NCBI GenBank assembly: GCA_963836075.1
Contig: CAWIIB010000001.1
Span: 1,440,001-1,504,000 of the forward strand
DNA: 64,000 nt
Source of the DNA: an uncultured Acidobacteriota bacterium
GTDB lineage: Bacteria > Acidobacteriota > JAQAZP01
Reading direction: 5' to 3'
Positions 51,116 to 61,193 of this stretch are shown in pieces; positions within the stretch are counted from its first letter, which is position 1, and the number at the start of each line of letters is the position of its first letter. The notes beneath the pieces are model-generated. The model ran no database searches. It was given only the letters and a program-made list of their open reading frames with translations, and was not told the DNA's origin. A program made the translations under genes and the position numbers.

Positions 51116-51642
51116 TTTTTCTGCACTACAATACCTCCCGTCCCTGAAAAAGCAGACCTGAAAGGCTGCTCCAGCAAATTCGGGTGAGCACACACGATCC
51201 CATTGCATCACATCCTGCCTGAGATTTCTGGCCAGCTCGAACATCTAACGGGCCTCCTGATCCGAGCGGCGGCGGAAAGGAGGGCGGAATTGTAAGCGAT
51301 GTTGAATTACCAGTCCGGGCTGAGGCCTGTTAGTGGCCGAGGACATCACTCCATCGCCATACAACCAGCCGCCCTACCCTCCGGCGGGTGACACTGCGAC
51401 TGCCTCATGCACGGTGACGGGGATCGCGCCTTGATGGAACACCCGGCATCGGCTCGGGACACAAGCTCCGCCGTCAAGTGGACATCTGTAAAGTAGAGAT
51501 TCTTGCCTGCCACCCATCCCACCACCACAGCACACATTGCCTAAGTTGGCTACATGCAATAGCATGTCAATATCGTAAACAGCAATCCGCAAAACGGATA
51601 AATGAAACACCGCTTCACGTCATCTCACGGAAGGAGTCAACC

Positions 51643-52710
51643 ATGGGATTCATGGATTTCATCAAGGGTGAACTGCTCGAGATCATCGAGTGGACGGACG
51701 ACTCGCGCGACATCCTGGCTTACCGGTTTCCGGACGAAGACAAGGCGATCAAGAACGGCGCCCAATTGATCGTCCGGGAATCTCAGATCGCCCAGTTCGT
51801 CTATCTGGGCGAGTTCGGCGACACCTTCGGACCCGGCAAGCACAGCCTGACCACCGACAACATCCCGATCCTGACCCGTCTGAAATCCTGGAAGTTCGGC
51901 TTCGAGTCGCCGTTCAAGGCTGACGTCTACTATCTCAACACGCGACTGTTCACCGGCAACAAGTGGGGCACGTCAAACCCGATCATGATGCGCGACAATG
52001 ATTTCGGTATCGTCCGCGCGCGAGCCTTCGGCACCTACGATTTCCGTATCGTCGACCCCAAGATCTTCCTCAAGGAGGTCGCCGGCTCCGATCACAATTT
52101 CCGGCTGGACGAATTCTCGGAGACGATGCGCTCGCGCATCGTGAGTGTCTTCAGCGATGCCCTCGCGACGTCGAACATCCCGGTGCTCGACGCCGCCACG
52201 AAGTACACGGAACTCGGCGAAGCGCTGCTGCCGCTGATCAACCCCGCGATGATCGCGAAGTACGGCCTCGAGATCACCAGCTTCATCCTCGAGAACATCT
52301 CCGTGCCCCCCGAGGTCGAGGAGGCGATCGACAAGCGCTCGGGCATGGCCGCGGTGGGAGACCTCAACGACTACGTCAAGTACCAGTTGGGACAGGGAAT
52401 GGAATCGGGCGGCGGCGGTTCCGGCGGGATGGCCACCGAGATGGCGGTGGGGCTCGCCATCGCCCAGCAGATCATGCAGCAACAGGGGGCCGGTCTGACC
52501 CCCGGCACGCCGGCCGGAGCTTCCGCGGCCCCGGCGATGGGCGGATCGTTGCTTCCAGACCTGATGTCCGTCGAACAGGTGGCCCAGGCGTTGGGCGTCT
52601 CGACGGACGACGTGTCGAGTATCATCGAGTCGGGCGAACTCGCGGCCAAAAAGATCGGATCGTCGGTGCGGATCAAGCGCTCGGCCCTCGAAGCCTATCT
52701 CGCCGACTGA
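51643..52710 (+). CDS. SPFH/band-7 (YdjI-like) protein with C-terminal excisionase-like HTH
   Basis: EIIEW.D, IKNGAQLIVRESQ, SPFKADVY, KWGT.NP and RAFGTY motifs. Tail MSVEQVA..LGVS...I.SGEL.A.KIG..RI. Confidence 0.88.
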   Translation: MGFMDFIKGELLEIIEWTDDSRDILAYRFPDEDKAIKNGAQLIVRESQIAQFVYLGEFGDTFGPGKHSLTTDNIPILTRLKSWKFGFESPFKADVYYLNTRLFTGNKWGTSNPIMMRDNDFGIVRARAFGTYDFRIVDPKIFLKEVAGSDHNFRLDEFSETMRSRIVSVFSDALATSNIPVLDAATKYTELGEALLPLINPAMIAKYGLEITSFILENISVPPEVEEAIDKRSGMAAVGDLNDYVKYQLGQGMESGGGGSGGMATEMAVGLAIAQQIMQQQGAGLTPGTPAGASAAPAMGGSLLPDLMSVEQVAQALGVSTDDVSSIIESGELAAKKIGSSVRIKRSALEAYLAD

Positions 52711-52726
52711 ACTCGGGCGACCCGCC

Positions 52727-53821
52727 ATGACCGACCAGCAGACTGCGATCGAACGGCACTCCTGCCCCGCCTGTGGGGCGCGAGCGGAGTGGAACCCCGC
52801 ACGGCAGGCGCTCGTCTGCGCGTATTGCGGCACCGAATCGCCGGCAGAGCTGGATCGGACAACGGGCGGGATTCGCGAGATCGACCTCGTCCAGACGCTC
52901 CGGGAATTGCCCGAAGAATTGCGGGGCTGGTCCACCGACACTCGAAGCGTCAAGTGCCGCAGTTGTCACGCGGTCTCGGTATTCGAACCGGGCCGGGTGG
53001 GCCAGAACTGCGAATTCTGCGGCTCACCCGAACTGGTCGACTACGACGAGATCAAATCACCGATCCGCCCACAGAGTCTTTTGCCGTTCCGCATCGACGA
53101 AGTGCGGGTGCGCGAACGCGTCCGCAAGTGGTTCGCCGGCAAGTGGCTCGCCCCCTCGAAGTTCAGCAGGAAGGCCTTCGTCGACACCATCCGCGGGCTC
53201 TACATTCCCTACTGGACCTTCGACTCACAGGTGCACTGTTCGTGGACGGCGGATTCAGGAACCTATTATTACACCACCGAGCGCTACACCGGGAAAGATG
53301 GGAAGCAGAGGACACGGCAGGTCAGACACGTGAGGTGGCGTCCGGCCGCGGGAGAGCTCGAACACTTCTTCGACGACGAACCGGTCCCGGGCACGCAAGG
53401 CCTGCCCCCGGACGTGTTGCGGCGGATCGGCCCCTTTCCCACGACGGATCTCGTTCCCTACGACACCGCATTTCTTTCCGGATTCGTGGTCGAGCACTAC
53501 AAGGTCGTGTTGATCGACGCCGCTCGGAAAGCGCGGGAATCCTTCGCGGAAAAACTGCGTGGCATGTGCGGCGCGCGTGTTCCGGGAGACACATACCGGA
53601 ATCTCGTCATTCATCCGGAGTACTCCGGAGAGACATTCAAGCACATCCTCGTACCGGTCTGGATTCTGAACTACGGGTTCCGCCGCAAGACTTACCAGCT
53701 GTTGATCAACGGCTACACCGGAACGGTCGACGGCAAGTATCCCAGGAGCGGTTGGAAGCTCTTTTCCCTCGCGTTGCTTGCAGTGATCATCGTTGCCGTC
53801 ATCGTCTGGATCGCGGCTTGA
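52727..53821 (+). CDS. Zinc-ribbon domain membrane-anchored protein (SPFH operon partner)
   Basis: CPACGA, CAYCG, CRSC and CEFCG knuckles, Y.PYWTFD and NG.TG.V.G.P motifs, C-terminal TM. Confidence 0.85.
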   Translation: MTDQQTAIERHSCPACGARAEWNPARQALVCAYCGTESPAELDRTTGGIREIDLVQTLRELPEELRGWSTDTRSVKCRSCHAVSVFEPGRVGQNCEFCGSPELVDYDEIKSPIRPQSLLPFRIDEVRVRERVRKWFAGKWLAPSKFSRKAFVDTIRGLYIPYWTFDSQVHCSWTADSGTYYYTTERYTGKDGKQRTRQVRHVRWRPAAGELEHFFDDEPVPGTQGLPPDVLRRIGPFPTTDLVPYDTAFLSGFVVEHYKVVLIDAARKARESFAEKLRGMCGARVPGDTYRNLVIHPEYSGETFKHILVPVWILNYGFRRKTYQLLINGYTGTVDGKYPRSGWKLFSLALLAVIIVAVIVWIAA

Positions 53822-53998
53822 CCGGGTCGAAGAAACACCTGGTCTCCGGCGGATTTTCGCTGCGGGGAGCCGAGTCAATGCCGGAGAGCGTACATCGGGA
53901 ACGCTCTCCTTTTCGCGTGCGGCTGCCATATCTCCGATACCGGAGGACACCGAAAAGTTACATGCAAAGTCGGGGTTTTGGAAGGATCGGCCAGGGAA

Positions 53999-55492
53999 TT
54001 ACCGCACCACACGCAGAACCGGCAATGCGCCGTCGTTTGTGACCAGCGCCCTGAAGCGCGGGTACTGGTAAAGCCCGTACATCGCGGCCGGCTCCAGAAC
54101 GAGCGCGGCGCGTACCGCGGCCTCACCCTCGAGCGGGACCCACAGCGACCCCCTTGCCAGCTCGCGCTCGATCGGCTGCCCCCGCTTCACGATCTGCCGC
54201 CCGGCGTAGCGGGAGTACAGGTCGTCGAATTCGTCTTCCAGGCGCAGCAGCGTACACCTTTCCACCCAGGCGGTGCGGGACGCGGTCAATATCTCGTACG
54301 GGATGCCGTGCCGCTCGAGCAGCGTCGTGAAATCCTGCGCAGCCCGGGGCTCGACCGCGTAGCCCAGCGGCGTCGGCACGCTCTTCTTGACGGCCAGGTC
54401 CGTCATCATGTTGGCGGTGGGAACCAGGAGCGTATGCCCCGTCGTGGACTCGATCACCGGGAACTCCACGACCTTCGCGCCGATGTTGACCCAGAGGTAG
54501 TTGGTGGGAATGAAGGCGGGCAGGGATCTGCGCCGGGCGCGCTCAATGGCTGCCAGGTCCTCCTGGCGGTGCCCGTCGCCGTTGACCAGGCGCCGGAGAA
54601 GGACCAGGTAGGCGTCAACGCGGTTGCCGAGGTCCGCGGACGGATCCTCGTGCGCGCGCCTGACCCCGGCCTCGATGATGAACGACAGGCCTCCGTACAT
54701 GCCGAGCGCGTTGAGCCCTCCGTCAATGTCCGGGGCGGAAAAGCGCTGTTCGTCGTCGGGGGGCAGCCCGCCGACTGAATAGCGCAGGTATGAATGACCC
54801 GCCTGGGCCTCGGCTGCGCCCGACTCCTCTACCCACCGCAGGGCCGCAGACACCACCGCTGGGTCGTAGAGCGGGTTGTTCAGCCCGTCCATCGTGATGT
54901 CGGGCCAGGCGATCCAGCCTCGCTGGCGGCGCTCCTCGGAGTCGCGGGTGAATTCGTGGCAATCCACCGCCACGTGCGGTCTCAGGCGCCGGGCCACCCG
55001 GTGGAGCGCCTGGGTCTCGGGCTGCTCGAGGACGATGTGGTCGCGGTTCAGGTCGGCGCCGGCCGCGTTCGTGCGCCTGCCTGCCTCGGCGCCGTCCGGG
55101 TTGACCAGCGGCATGAGCCAGAGGTCCACATCGCGAGGAAGCAACTGCGGCTTATTCACGATCTCCCGCACCAGGTACAGGAGCGCATCCTTCCCGGAGA
55201 CCTCGTCGCCGTGTTGCTGCGCGTAGAACAGGATCCTCCAGTTGGCCGTCACGGAGTGGCTCGCGTGCACCAGGTAGAGGGCCCGGCCCTCGACACTTGC
55301 ACCTTCCACGGACACACTGACCGGACCCTGCCCGTCCACGCTCTGGAGAAAGGCCTCCATGTCCGCGAACGAGATCGTCTTCGCGAGCTGGCGGTGGTCT
55401 TCGGGAAAGGCAGCAGCGGGAGTCGGCGCCCACCGCGCGGTCGGGAGAACCATGAGAAACGCGAGACAGAGATGCTTCAAGAGGGCTGTCAT
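53999..55492 (-). CDS. Secreted M14-family zinc carboxypeptidase
   Basis: G.SVEGR, QQHGDE, NPDG, DLNRD and DCHE motifs. Signal peptide. Confidence 0.88.
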   Translation of the reverse strand: MTALLKHLCLAFLMVLPTARWAPTPAAAFPEDHRQLAKTISFADMEAFLQSVDGQGPVSVSVEGASVEGRALYLVHASHSVTANWRILFYAQQHGDEVSGKDALLYLVREIVNKPQLLPRDVDLWLMPLVNPDGAEAGRRTNAAGADLNRDHIVLEQPETQALHRVARRLRPHVAVDCHEFTRDSEERRQRGWIAWPDITMDGLNNPLYDPAVVSAALRWVEESGAAEAQAGHSYLRYSVGGLPPDDEQRFSAPDIDGGLNALGMYGGLSFIIEAGVRRAHEDPSADLGNRVDAYLVLLRRLVNGDGHRQEDLAAIERARRRSLPAFIPTNYLWVNIGAKVVEFPVIESTTGHTLLVPTANMMTDLAVKKSVPTPLGYAVEPRAAQDFTTLLERHGIPYEILTASRTAWVERCTLLRLEDEFDDLYSRYAGRQIVKRGQPIERELARGSLWVPLEGEAAVRAALVLEPAAMYGLYQYPRFRALVTNDGALPVLRVVR

Positions 55493-55518
55493 GTCGACAC
55501 TCCAGTGGTTCTCGAGTT

Positions 55519-57183
55519 TCACTGCATCCAGGACTGCGGTCCGTAGATGGCCACCAGCAGAAACAACGCCGCGATAACGTGCAGGAGCAATACGAGCTTC
55601 CACACCCAGCGTATCCATACGGGCCATGGCACCCGGGCCGCGCCCAGCACGCCCATCAGGACGGCCGATGTGGGAATCAGCATGTTGCCGAACCCATCCC
55701 CGAACTGGAACGCGAGCACGCCCACCTGCCGATCCAGGCCGAGGATGTCGCAGAGGGGTGTCATGACCGGCATTGTCAACGCCGCCTGGCCCGAGCCCGA
55801 GGGCACGAAGAAGTTCACGATGGCCTGGCCGCACATGATCAGCGTGGCAGCCAGAGGTTTGACCAACCCTTCGAGCGGCGCGGCGATCGCCATCAGCACC
55901 GTGTCGAGCACCTGGCCCTGCCGAAGCACCTCCAGCACGCCGGCCGAAAGGGCGATGATCAGAGCCGGCTCGATCATCGACGCCGCACCGTCTTTGAACT
56001 CGGTCGCAATGCGGCCGACCCGGAACCCGCCCAACCAGCCGCCCAGAAGACCCGCCACGATGAAAAGGGCGGCCATCTCGTCGATGTACCAGTCCCAGAC
56101 GGCAACGCCGACCCCCGAGAACACCAGTGTTCCGACGGCGACCAGGACCACCAGCCACTCTCGCACACGAAGCGGGCTCGAGTCCGTGTCTGCGCGATAC
56201 CCGAGACGCCGGCGCCAATGTTCATCAAGCGCGTATGTCGGCGATCGGCGGGGGTCGCGCTGCACGCGCGCCGCCCACCACATCACGAACAGGGCGGCCG
56301 TCGCCGTGACGACGGCCCAAACCACGAGGCGAAAGCCGAGGCCGCTGGGATACGGCAGTTCCGCGATGCTCTGGGCGATCCCGATGGTGAACGGGTTGTA
56401 AAACGCACCAGCGAACCCGACCTGCGAGGCCAGATAGCAGATGCAGATGCCGGTGGTCGTGTCGTAACCCAGGCGGATCGCCAGAGGTATGGTCACCAGC
56501 ACGAACGCGATCGTGCTCTCGCCCATGCCGAAGATCGCGCCCCCCGCGCTGAAGAGCAGCATCGACGCCGGAATGACGAGCAGCCGTATCCGACCTTCAC
56601 CGAGCCGGGTCACGCCACGCACCAGCGCGCGGTCAATCGCTCCGGTTGCCAGCAGCACGCCGAACGCCGCGCCGATCAACAGGACGAAGGCGATGACCTG
56701 AGCCCGCACCTTGAACCCGGTGATTGGCGCCAGCGCTACCTCGCGGGCCGCGATCCTGACCTTCTCGAGGAAACTGCGCGGATCTTCCTCGGCCAGGCGG
56801 CGGTAAGTGTTCGGCGTGATCGTCTCGCGGGTCAAGCCCGGCTTCGGCACGAGAATGCGGTCGCCCGGGGTCAGTGCCGTCAACGGCGCACGTGAATCGC
56901 GTTCGACCAGGGACTCGAGCGCGGTCTCCGCGGGCGCACCGGCCTCCTCGAGGATCGCGGCCAGATCATCGTCCGCACTGACCGTGTGCGGGACGAGGAC
57001 CTGAAACGTCTTCGTGGTGCGGTCATAGGCGCCTCGCGGCAGCACGAGTGTCGCCATTGCCGCCAGCACCAGGATTACCGCGAGGATCACGAGGGTGCCT
57101 GGTATCCGACTACCCGTCGCCTCGAGATTGGCCTGGTAAATATCCGGGGGCCCGCTCTGGTTCGCCTGGTGAAGGTCCGCCAT
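55519..57183 (-). CDS. YfcC/DcuC-family antiporter (basic amino acid/dipeptide type)
   Basis: P.G.YDR, GMGE, NPFT.GIAQ.IAELP..SG..FR, PSGSGQA.LTMP and AFQFGDGF.N..PTS motifs. Confidence 0.9.
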   Translation of the reverse strand: MADLHQANQSGPPDIYQANLEATGSRIPGTLVILAVILVLAAMATLVLPRGAYDRTTKTFQVLVPHTVSADDDLAAILEEAGAPAETALESLVERDSRAPLTALTPGDRILVPKPGLTRETITPNTYRRLAEEDPRSFLEKVRIAAREVALAPITGFKVRAQVIAFVLLIGAAFGVLLATGAIDRALVRGVTRLGEGRIRLLVIPASMLLFSAGGAIFGMGESTIAFVLVTIPLAIRLGYDTTTGICICYLASQVGFAGAFYNPFTIGIAQSIAELPYPSGLGFRLVVWAVVTATAALFVMWWAARVQRDPRRSPTYALDEHWRRRLGYRADTDSSPLRVREWLVVLVAVGTLVFSGVGVAVWDWYIDEMAALFIVAGLLGGWLGGFRVGRIATEFKDGAASMIEPALIIALSAGVLEVLRQGQVLDTVLMAIAAPLEGLVKPLAATLIMCGQAIVNFFVPSGSGQAALTMPVMTPLCDILGLDRQVGVLAFQFGDGFGNMLIPTSAVLMGVLGAARVPWPVWIRWVWKLVLLLHVIAALFLLVAIYGPQSWMQ

Positions 57184-57184
57184 T

Positions 57185-58411
57185 TCAGGGACCACTCGCG
57201 CTTGCGGCCTTGGCGGCGTCCACTTCGACGTCGAGAAGCACATCCAGCGCCGAGAAACCGTTCAACTCGGTGTCGAACGCCACGAACCGCGTGCGATGGT
57301 CCGCCCGCACAATGAGGGCGATGCCGTCCTTCTCGGCCCGCCGGGGCGTAGCCGGATCCGCGGCAAGCCGCTCGATCAGCCGGGTCACGGTTTCGCTGGC
57401 GAATGGTTCGACCGGGAGCCCGGCACTCGGCTCGGGAGGAGGGGCAGGGGTGACGGCCGACTTCCCGGCGGCCGGCGACATGGTACGCCGGCCGAAGTCA
57501 ATCCCGTCGCCACGGGACATGAGCGAGATCCGTAATCCATGGCGGTCGGTCCCTTTGCGACGCACCTCCCGGGCATCGATCTGCAATACCGCGCGCTCAC
57601 CAATGGCATATCCCGTCCCGGTCGCACGATCCACGTAAAGCGCGCAGTCTTCGGCGATCCCCCAGCCCATCTCCTGTCCCGCGATTTCCATGGCGACGAT
57701 CATGCGCCCGATTCGTCCGCGGCGCAGGAAGTGCTGGCCGACAAGGCCATAGGTGAAGAAGCCCATCCCCTGCCCCATCTCAAAACCACCTTCCGTGAGG
57801 CCTTCGAGCAGGGCCGACCGGCTCGACCCCCCGGCGATCATGGGATCACACATCATCGCGGCACCGGCGCTGGACCCGGCAATGCGGCCGTCGCGGGAGA
57901 GCAGTCTGCTCGCCGCGCGGTATCCCGCCGAATCGACCCCGCCGGGTCGGAACACGCGCGTGATCCTCGACTGGTCGCCGCCGGTGAACCACAGGGCATC
58001 CGCATCCTCGATCTGCCGCACATACTCGGGATCTTCGGCACGCTCCGGCGTCGTCGCAAGAATTTCGAGGACCCGGATCGACTGGCCGGGCTGCGCATAA
58101 TTGGCCAGGTCCTCCACGGCAGCCGGCCCGCTCACCTCCGGCTCGCCGCTTGCGGTGGGAAGCACGAGGACGCGCTTGCCGGCACCCCTGGTGAAGTCGG
58201 TGATGATGTCGATGTTTTCAGACCTGAGGCCGCCACCGACCATCAGAAGGTCCCCTCGATTTTTAGCCGCCGGCCCGAAACAGGACGTTGCACACAGCGC
58301 CAGCACGACCACGATGATGCTCTGCCACGGGATCGATCGGTACGAGGGGATGGCAAGGCGGGAATGGCCCGAAGCCGTCCGGACCGAATAAGGCGTTTTT
58401 TTGCCGAGCAT
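57185..58411 (-). CDS. Cyanophycinase (peptidase S51), probable lipoprotein
   Basis: L..VGGG, PTAS, FTGGDQSR, GSSAGAA (catalytic Ser), QHF.RRGR.GR and GI.ED motifs. ALCATSC lipobox-like signal. Confidence 0.85.
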   Translation of the reverse strand: MLGKKTPYSVRTASGHSRLAIPSYRSIPWQSIIVVVLALCATSCFGPAAKNRGDLLMVGGGLRSENIDIITDFTRGAGKRVLVLPTASGEPEVSGPAAVEDLANYAQPGQSIRVLEILATTPERAEDPEYVRQIEDADALWFTGGDQSRITRVFRPGGVDSAGYRAASRLLSRDGRIAGSSAGAAMMCDPMIAGGSSRSALLEGLTEGGFEMGQGMGFFTYGLVGQHFLRRGRIGRMIVAMEIAGQEMGWGIAEDCALYVDRATGTGYAIGERAVLQIDAREVRRKGTDRHGLRISLMSRGDGIDFGRRTMSPAAGKSAVTPAPPPEPSAGLPVEPFASETVTRLIERLAADPATPRRAEKDGIALIVRADHRTRFVAFDTELNGFSALDVLLDVEVDAAKAASASGP

Positions 58412-58502
58412 GGGCGTGACCTCATTCTGTATACATCGATGCCGGAGTGAGCGACCTGTCCCCTCTTGCTCTTTGAGGCATGGCCGAAGCCGCCGGGTCC
58501 GC

Positions 58503-61193
58503 TCAGAACGAGTACTTGACACCGAACACGATGCTGCCCACGTCCTGCCAGTCGGTGGCGATGCCGAAGGTGGTCGTGTCCCGCTCCCGGCGCTCGGTGA
58601 CGAACTGGTTGTTGGTCACGTTGAAAAAATCCACCAGCAGGCTCAGTTCGGTGTCCTTGATGTTGAAGTCCTTGGACACCCGCAGGTCGAGCCACCAGAC
58701 GCTGCCCAGACGGTAGGATCCCCGGGGTTCGACGAAGTACTGGTAGTTGTACCCGTTGAAGGGGTAATCGTCGATCGGGGCGTAATCCTCGACCAGCCCC
58801 CGCCGGGTGTACGGCCTGCCGCTGCGCCAGAAGAATGACGCGCCGGCCACGATGCCCCAGGGCAGGTGGTAGGAGCCGTTCAGCTTGACGTAGTGCCGGT
58901 CGTCCCAGGGGAGGTAGCCGTAACGGTTGTGGATCGTCTCGGGGATGTCGCCGTAATAGCTGTACCCCTCGGCCTGGCCCGCGCCGGCCACCGTGCCCTT
59001 GGCCTCGGAAAGCGTGTAGACCAGGAGGAACTGGTAGTTGCTGGACAACCGCTTCTTCAGCTGAAGTTCCAGGCCCTTGTAATCCCTATTGGCGTCCTTC
59101 TGGTTGGTGAAGTAGTACCAGTAGTCGCTGGTTTCACCGGCCAGGATCTCGTCGTAGTTGCCCACCCGGTCCTCGATCAGGTTGTCCTGCCAGTTGTAGA
59201 TCAGTTTGGCCCCGGCGGAGAAGTCGGTGAGGAACTCGAACTCGTAGCCGGCAACGATCTCATCCTTGTAGTTCGGGGTCAGGTCGGGGTCGATCTGCGT
59301 GCTGCTGACGTCGCCGCCGCTGGAGGAGAGCAGGTCCCAGTTGTCGGGATTGAAGGGGTCGTTGGGATCGTATGTCCCCTCGTAGCGGTAGGTGGTGGAC
59401 GATGATCGGTTGAGATACGATGCCAGCCAGATGCCCACGGCGTCGAAGTAGCGGGCGTAGTTGAAGTAGGCCTTGGAGCGGCCGTCACCCCGGATGTCCC
59501 AGCTCACGCCGGCCCGCGGCGCCAGCAGGTTGTCGAAGGTGTAGGCGTTGCTCTGCCCGCCCGACTCGTTCATGTAGGTCTGGGTCTGACGCTCCCAGCG
59601 CAGGCCGAGGTTGAAGGTCAAGTTGTCGCGCCAGGTCCAGGCGTCCTGGGCGAAGAAGGTGAGGATGTCGCCGCCGTTCTGGGCCAGCAGCGGCGTGGAG
59701 TACGTCCAGCGGTCGGGGAGCGAGTTGCCCTGGCCGTCCACCCGGTGGATGGTGATGGTGTTGCAGAAGAGGCCGTCCTCGTGCATGGTGAGGTCCTGGT
59801 ATTCCGCACCGAACTTGAAATTGTGCTCGCCGGCCCAGTCGCTGCGGTAGTAGTTGAGGATCGCCTGGTACATGTCCCGTGGCCGGAGGTCGTCCCACTG
59901 GGTGCCGGAGTTGCCGGAGTAGATCCGGGTCCCGCCGTAGTTGTCGTCGATGATCTCGATGTCGCCGTCCAGTCCCGGCGTAGCATTGGCCGGCCCGGTT
60001 CTGATCATCACCTCGTGGTGCGCCGCCTTGACCTCGAGAAAGAGGTTGGGGGTAAAGATGCTGGTCCACTGCAACTTGGCCAGGTAGCCGCCCTGGTCCT
60101 TGATGCCCAGGGCGCTGGACAGGATGATCGGGTCGGTGGAGAGGGCGTCGCGGCTGTCGATGGTGGCCGGGTCGCTGGCGTATTGGGCGATGACCTTGTT
60201 GTCCGCGTTGACCTGCCAGGTCAGCTTGGCCATGTACTCCTCGAAAACCTCGCTCAGCTTGATGCTCTCGCCGTAATCGTTGATCCCGGTGATCCGCCGG
60301 GTGGAGTTGCTGTACGAGGCGAAAAACCAGAGCTTGTCCCGGATGATCGGGCCGCCCAGGTGGAAGGCGCCCTCGATATTGTAGTAGTCCTCCTGTTCAA
60401 CCGGGTTGGTTTCGGAATTCTCGTGCCGCCGGAGGTCGAGGTTGGTGTAGTAGACGGGCACGGCGCCGTGGAATTCGTTGCCCCCCGACTTGGTCACCAC
60501 GTTGACGATGGACCCGGTGGCCCGGCCGTACTCGGCCTCGAAAGCCCCGGTCTTCATCTCCACTTCCTGGATCGCCTCGTAGCTGAAATTGATACCGAAT
60601 GTGCCGGAGCCGTTGTCGGTGGTGTCCACGCCGTCGATGAGATAGACGTTGTCGCGGTTGCTGGCCCCATGGGCGTAGACGTTCGCCGTACCGGCCACAC
60701 CGGCGGCCATGGTCATGGCATCGAAATAGGAACGGCCGGTGGGGATGTCCTCCATGAACTCGTAGGTGATGGTCTCGCTGATCGAACTCTTCTTGGCGTC
60801 AATCAGCGGGGCCGTGCCGATCACCGTAATCTCGCCCAGGTCGCCCGTGGATTCGGCCATGGTGAAGTCCACCCGCTCGGTCTCGCCGATGTTGACCATG
60901 ATATCGGTCTGGATCACGCGCTGAAAGCCGTCCAGAACGGCCGCGACCTGGTAGTCATGGCCCACGGGGACCAGCGGCATGCGCCAGCGGCCGTCCTCAT
61001 CGGTGACCGCCATGCGCTCCCCCTGCATGGCCGGACCGCTGACCGTGACGGTCACGCCGGGCATCGGGTCGCCGTTCTGGTCCAGCACGAATCCGATCAT
61101 CTGGCCGTCCTGGGTATCGGCGAAGGACACGAAGACAGCAAAGAAAGCGAGCACCAGGACCCCGCAAAACAGTTGCTTGATGGGTGCGATCAT
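58503..61193 (-). CDS. TonB-dependent receptor (Oar-like, carboxypeptidase regulatory-like N-domain)
   Basis: G.V.D..G..PGVTVT, AEYGRATG..VNVVTKSG.NEFHG, LGGPI.RDKLWFF and APR.G.SWD motifs. Terminal YSF. Confidence 0.93.
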   Translation of the reverse strand: MIAPIKQLFCGVLVLAFFAVFVSFADTQDGQMIGFVLDQNGDPMPGVTVTVSGPAMQGERMAVTDEDGRWRMPLVPVGHDYQVAAVLDGFQRVIQTDIMVNIGETERVDFTMAESTGDLGEITVIGTAPLIDAKKSSISETITYEFMEDIPTGRSYFDAMTMAAGVAGTANVYAHGASNRDNVYLIDGVDTTDNGSGTFGINFSYEAIQEVEMKTGAFEAEYGRATGSIVNVVTKSGGNEFHGAVPVYYTNLDLRRHENSETNPVEQEDYYNIEGAFHLGGPIIRDKLWFFASYSNSTRRITGINDYGESIKLSEVFEEYMAKLTWQVNADNKVIAQYASDPATIDSRDALSTDPIILSSALGIKDQGGYLAKLQWTSIFTPNLFLEVKAAHHEVMIRTGPANATPGLDGDIEIIDDNYGGTRIYSGNSGTQWDDLRPRDMYQAILNYYRSDWAGEHNFKFGAEYQDLTMHEDGLFCNTITIHRVDGQGNSLPDRWTYSTPLLAQNGGDILTFFAQDAWTWRDNLTFNLGLRWERQTQTYMNESGGQSNAYTFDNLLAPRAGVSWDIRGDGRSKAYFNYARYFDAVGIWLASYLNRSSSTTYRYEGTYDPNDPFNPDNWDLLSSSGGDVSSTQIDPDLTPNYKDEIVAGYEFEFLTDFSAGAKLIYNWQDNLIEDRVGNYDEILAGETSDYWYYFTNQKDANRDYKGLELQLKKRLSSNYQFLLVYTLSEAKGTVAGAGQAEGYSYYGDIPETIHNRYGYLPWDDRHYVKLNGSYHLPWGIVAGASFFWRSGRPYTRRGLVEDYAPIDDYPFNGYNYQYFVEPRGSYRLGSVWWLDLRVSKDFNIKDTELSLLVDFFNVTNNQFVTERRERDTTTFGIATDWQDVGSIVFGVKYSF

